From the NCBI GenBank assembly GCA_037380845.1, contig JARRRI010000009.1, positions 64,001 through 128,000 on the forward strand: 64,000 nucleotides of DNA. The letters run 5' to 3'. Of the stretch, positions 62,260 to 64,000 are shown one piece after another. Position 1 is the first letter of the stretch, and the number at the start of each line of letters is the position of its first letter. This DNA is from Candidatus Sulfobium sp. (GTDB taxonomy: Bacteria; Nitrospirota; Thermodesulfovibrionia; Thermodesulfovibrionales; UBA6898). The notes beneath the pieces are model-generated. The model was not told where the DNA came from. It was given only the letters and a program-made list of their open reading frames with translations, and searched no databases. A program made the position numbers and the translations under genes.

Positions 62260-62372
62260 TGTCATTGCCGCCAAGGGGAGCGGGGTGCCTCCCGCAAAGT
62301 CTGCGCGCAAAACCGCGAAGACTTTGGGGCGTACGGACCTGCCTGCCGGCGGGCAGGCGAGCCGGCATGACA
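62260..62372. repeat. REP/MITE-like element with TGTCAT...ATGACA ends and internal hairpins
   Basis: tgtcattgccg ... caaagtctgcgcg-caaaac-cgcgaagactttg ... cctgcctgccggcgggcagg ... ccggcatgaca. Confidence 0.62.
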
Positions 62373-62430
62373 GTCAAAAGAAAAACTGAACTCCCGAAGA
62401 CATGCTGCAAAGGAAAATATCTCCGGCGTC

Positions 62431-63171
62431 TTACTGCCTTTTTGCCATGGCCTTCAGGAACTTTCTGATGCGTTCGGCATTGGTGCCCATATCGTTTTTC
62501 CCTACACGCGAGACCGAGCGGATGTCCAGCCTTGTACGCTGCCCGCTCTTTTCGATCCTGATCACGATATCGTCCTCGAAATGGAACCAGAAGGTATGAG
62601 CGACCGCCTCGATTCGGCCCTCTTTCCTGTTGGCGTCTATGATCCTCCAGTCCATGCTGCGGGCCACGGCCAATGCCTTGTCAAATACCCTGACCGGCGG
62701 GTCATCGAAAAGCAGGGGCAGTATGTCCGGATAAGCCTCGATCTGCGACTGCGCGACGACCGGACCGCCGTATTCCGAGGGGTTAGGCGCACCCTTGCGC
62801 AGCGGAAGTATCTTGACAAACTTCGGCGGGTGAACAGTATCGGTAGTTATGTCCGAGATGGAAGGGGCCGTCCTGGCCGCCCGGGACCAGCTCAGTGGAA
62901 CAAGTACGACGACTGCGCCCAGACACAGGCCGAGGACGGCCCATATGATGTCGCGTTTCATCCTCTTGCCCGCCACCGTGACCACGATGCCGATGAGCGA
63001 GACAGTCGCGGCGATCAGCCCTCCATAGGCAGACCAGAGGAGCACGCCGAAACCGGTATGGAAGTTCCAGAGTCCCCACCGGCTCCCGGCTCCTGAAAGA
63101 AGCCCTGCCAGGGCAGAGGCCAGAGCAAGGAAAAAACCGAGCCGTGCAACAAAGCTCCTCTTTCTCGTCAT
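62431..63171 (-). CDS. DUF1499 family membrane protein
   Basis: Three TM helices, then PSISDITTD, AYPDILP, GRIEAVA, FHFEDDIVIRI, DIRSVSRVGKNDMGTNAERI. Confidence 0.85.
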   Translation of the reverse strand: MTRKRSFVARLGFFLALASALAGLLSGAGSRWGLWNFHTGFGVLLWSAYGGLIAATVSLIGIVVTVAGKRMKRDIIWAVLGLCLGAVVVLVPLSWSRAARTAPSISDITTDTVHPPKFVKILPLRKGAPNPSEYGGPVVAQSQIEAYPDILPLLFDDPPVRVFDKALAVARSMDWRIIDANRKEGRIEAVAHTFWFHFEDDIVIRIEKSGQRTRLDIRSVSRVGKNDMGTNAERIRKFLKAMAKRQ

Positions 63172-63172
63172 A

Positions 63173-63315
63173 TCATACGCCTCCCATCTTCATCAGGATC
63201 ATGCTGTAATCTTCATGAGTGTCCATATCGAGTACCGTTCCCTCATCGGGGACAGGAATGTATTTCACCTTTTTGCCGTGCTTTCTCATAATTTCGCGCA
63301 AGGTGAGACCTCCAC
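63173..63315 (-). pseudogene. C-terminal fragment of a MocA/MobA-like NTP transferase
   Basis: Manual translation GGLTLREIMRKHGKKVKYIPVPDEGTVLDMDTHEDY...GGV*; stop adjacent to the DUF1499 start. Confidence 0.55.
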
Positions 63316-63725
63316 GCCAACGTTGCACTTTTTATTGTTGATATCGAGAGAGATGATATCTGCCCCCTTTCGCTCGGTCAACCAGAAGGAGATACACCTT
63401 CTTAATCAAGGGATTAACAAGCGGTCCACCGGGGGACCGGAAGGTGCCCGCCAGACTTTGCTAAGATTAAGCCGCAACCATGTTTGAGTTCCCGGTAGTG
63501 GAGATTTTTGTCCAGCAAGTCATCAGCGAGAACCTAAAAAAAGGCTACCTCCGTACCGGCCCTCTGTCAATTTCTTTTTCGAAGGCGGCGGACCGCGGTT
63601 CTGACCTTGTAAAGTTCTACTTCCTCCCTCTTCGCTGACGGTTTCTGAACCTATTTTCTTTTTATTGAACGCCTTTTCGGTCTTCTGTTATACTTCTAAA
63701 TATTGGAATCCCGGGGGAACTGCAG

Positions 63726-64000
63726 ATGCAATTCACGGAAGAAGAGCTTAAGAGATATAACAGGCAGATGCTGATCGAGGGGTGGGGCTTTGAGACCCAG
63801 AAGAAGCTCAAGAACTCGACGGTATTCATAGCCGGGGCCGGGGGGCTGGGCTCGCCGGTCTCCATATACCTCGCCGTGGCGGGCGTCGGGAAGCTGCGCA
63901 TTTGCGATTTCGACTCACCCGACTGGTCGAACCTGAACCGGCAGATACTCCACAGCCCTGACAGAATAGGAATGAACAAGGCCCTCTCTGCAAAACAGAC
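63726..64000 (+). CDS. HesA/MoeB/ThiF family adenylyltransferase (runs off window)
   Basis: Manual translation MQFTEEELKRYNRQMLI...IAGAGGLGSP...CDFDSPDWSNLNRQILH. Confidence 0.9.
   Translation, partial: MQFTEEELKRYNRQMLIEGWGFETQKKLKNSTVFIAGAGGLGSPVSIYLAVAGVGKLRICDFDSPDWSNLNRQILHSPDRIGMNKALSAKQ

Noticed and set aside
62106..62260. SAM riboswitch or thr attenuator upstream of thrC-metB
   Set aside because: Only a plausible promoter (TTGCAT-18-TATGAT) and one short hairpin; no SAM-I core and no Thr-rich leader peptide.
63400..63725. Moco/Tuco RNA motif upstream of the MoeB/ThiF gene
   Set aside because: The characteristic conserved segments were not recognisable; an Rfam search would be needed.
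1..64000. CRISPR array, tRNA, rRNA, transposase, integrase, reverse transcriptase or prophage genes
   Set aside because: No regularly spaced direct repeats, cloverleaf motifs or matching protein motifs were seen by eye.

Overview
This is a bacterial chromosomal window. From gene content and order I infer an anaerobic Nitrospirota (Thermodesulfovibrionia-like) or deltaproteobacterial-type organism, probably a metagenome assembly; the taxonomy is inference. Housekeeping genes: rnfC and the start of rnfD, large-type purL, purB, ribE-ribBA-ribH-nusB, glk-lepA-lepB, ftsEX-envC-ctpA, dnaE-accA-TPR-uvrC-pfkB, bioA, cobA/hemD-plsC and thrC-metB. Accessory loci: (1) a minor type IV pilin operon with a sigma54-type promoter, led by a very large (~1960 codon, split) PilY1-like adhesin that carries ~14 small Cys-rich modules; (2) neighbouring GT-C and GT2 glycosyltransferases; (3) a tungstate ABC locus with two TupA paralogues, one lacking a signal peptide, divergent from a LysR gene. 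Non-genic patterns include heptamer tandem arrays and REP-like palindromes, several inserted in frame in core genes, and four sigma70-type promoters placed for leaderless transcripts. There are about eight clean junctions where conserved sequence is missing, including in essential genes; these most likely reflect assembly or stripped scaffold gaps. I saw no rRNA, tRNA, CRISPR array, transposase or integrase. All functional calls come from motif recognition, not database searches.
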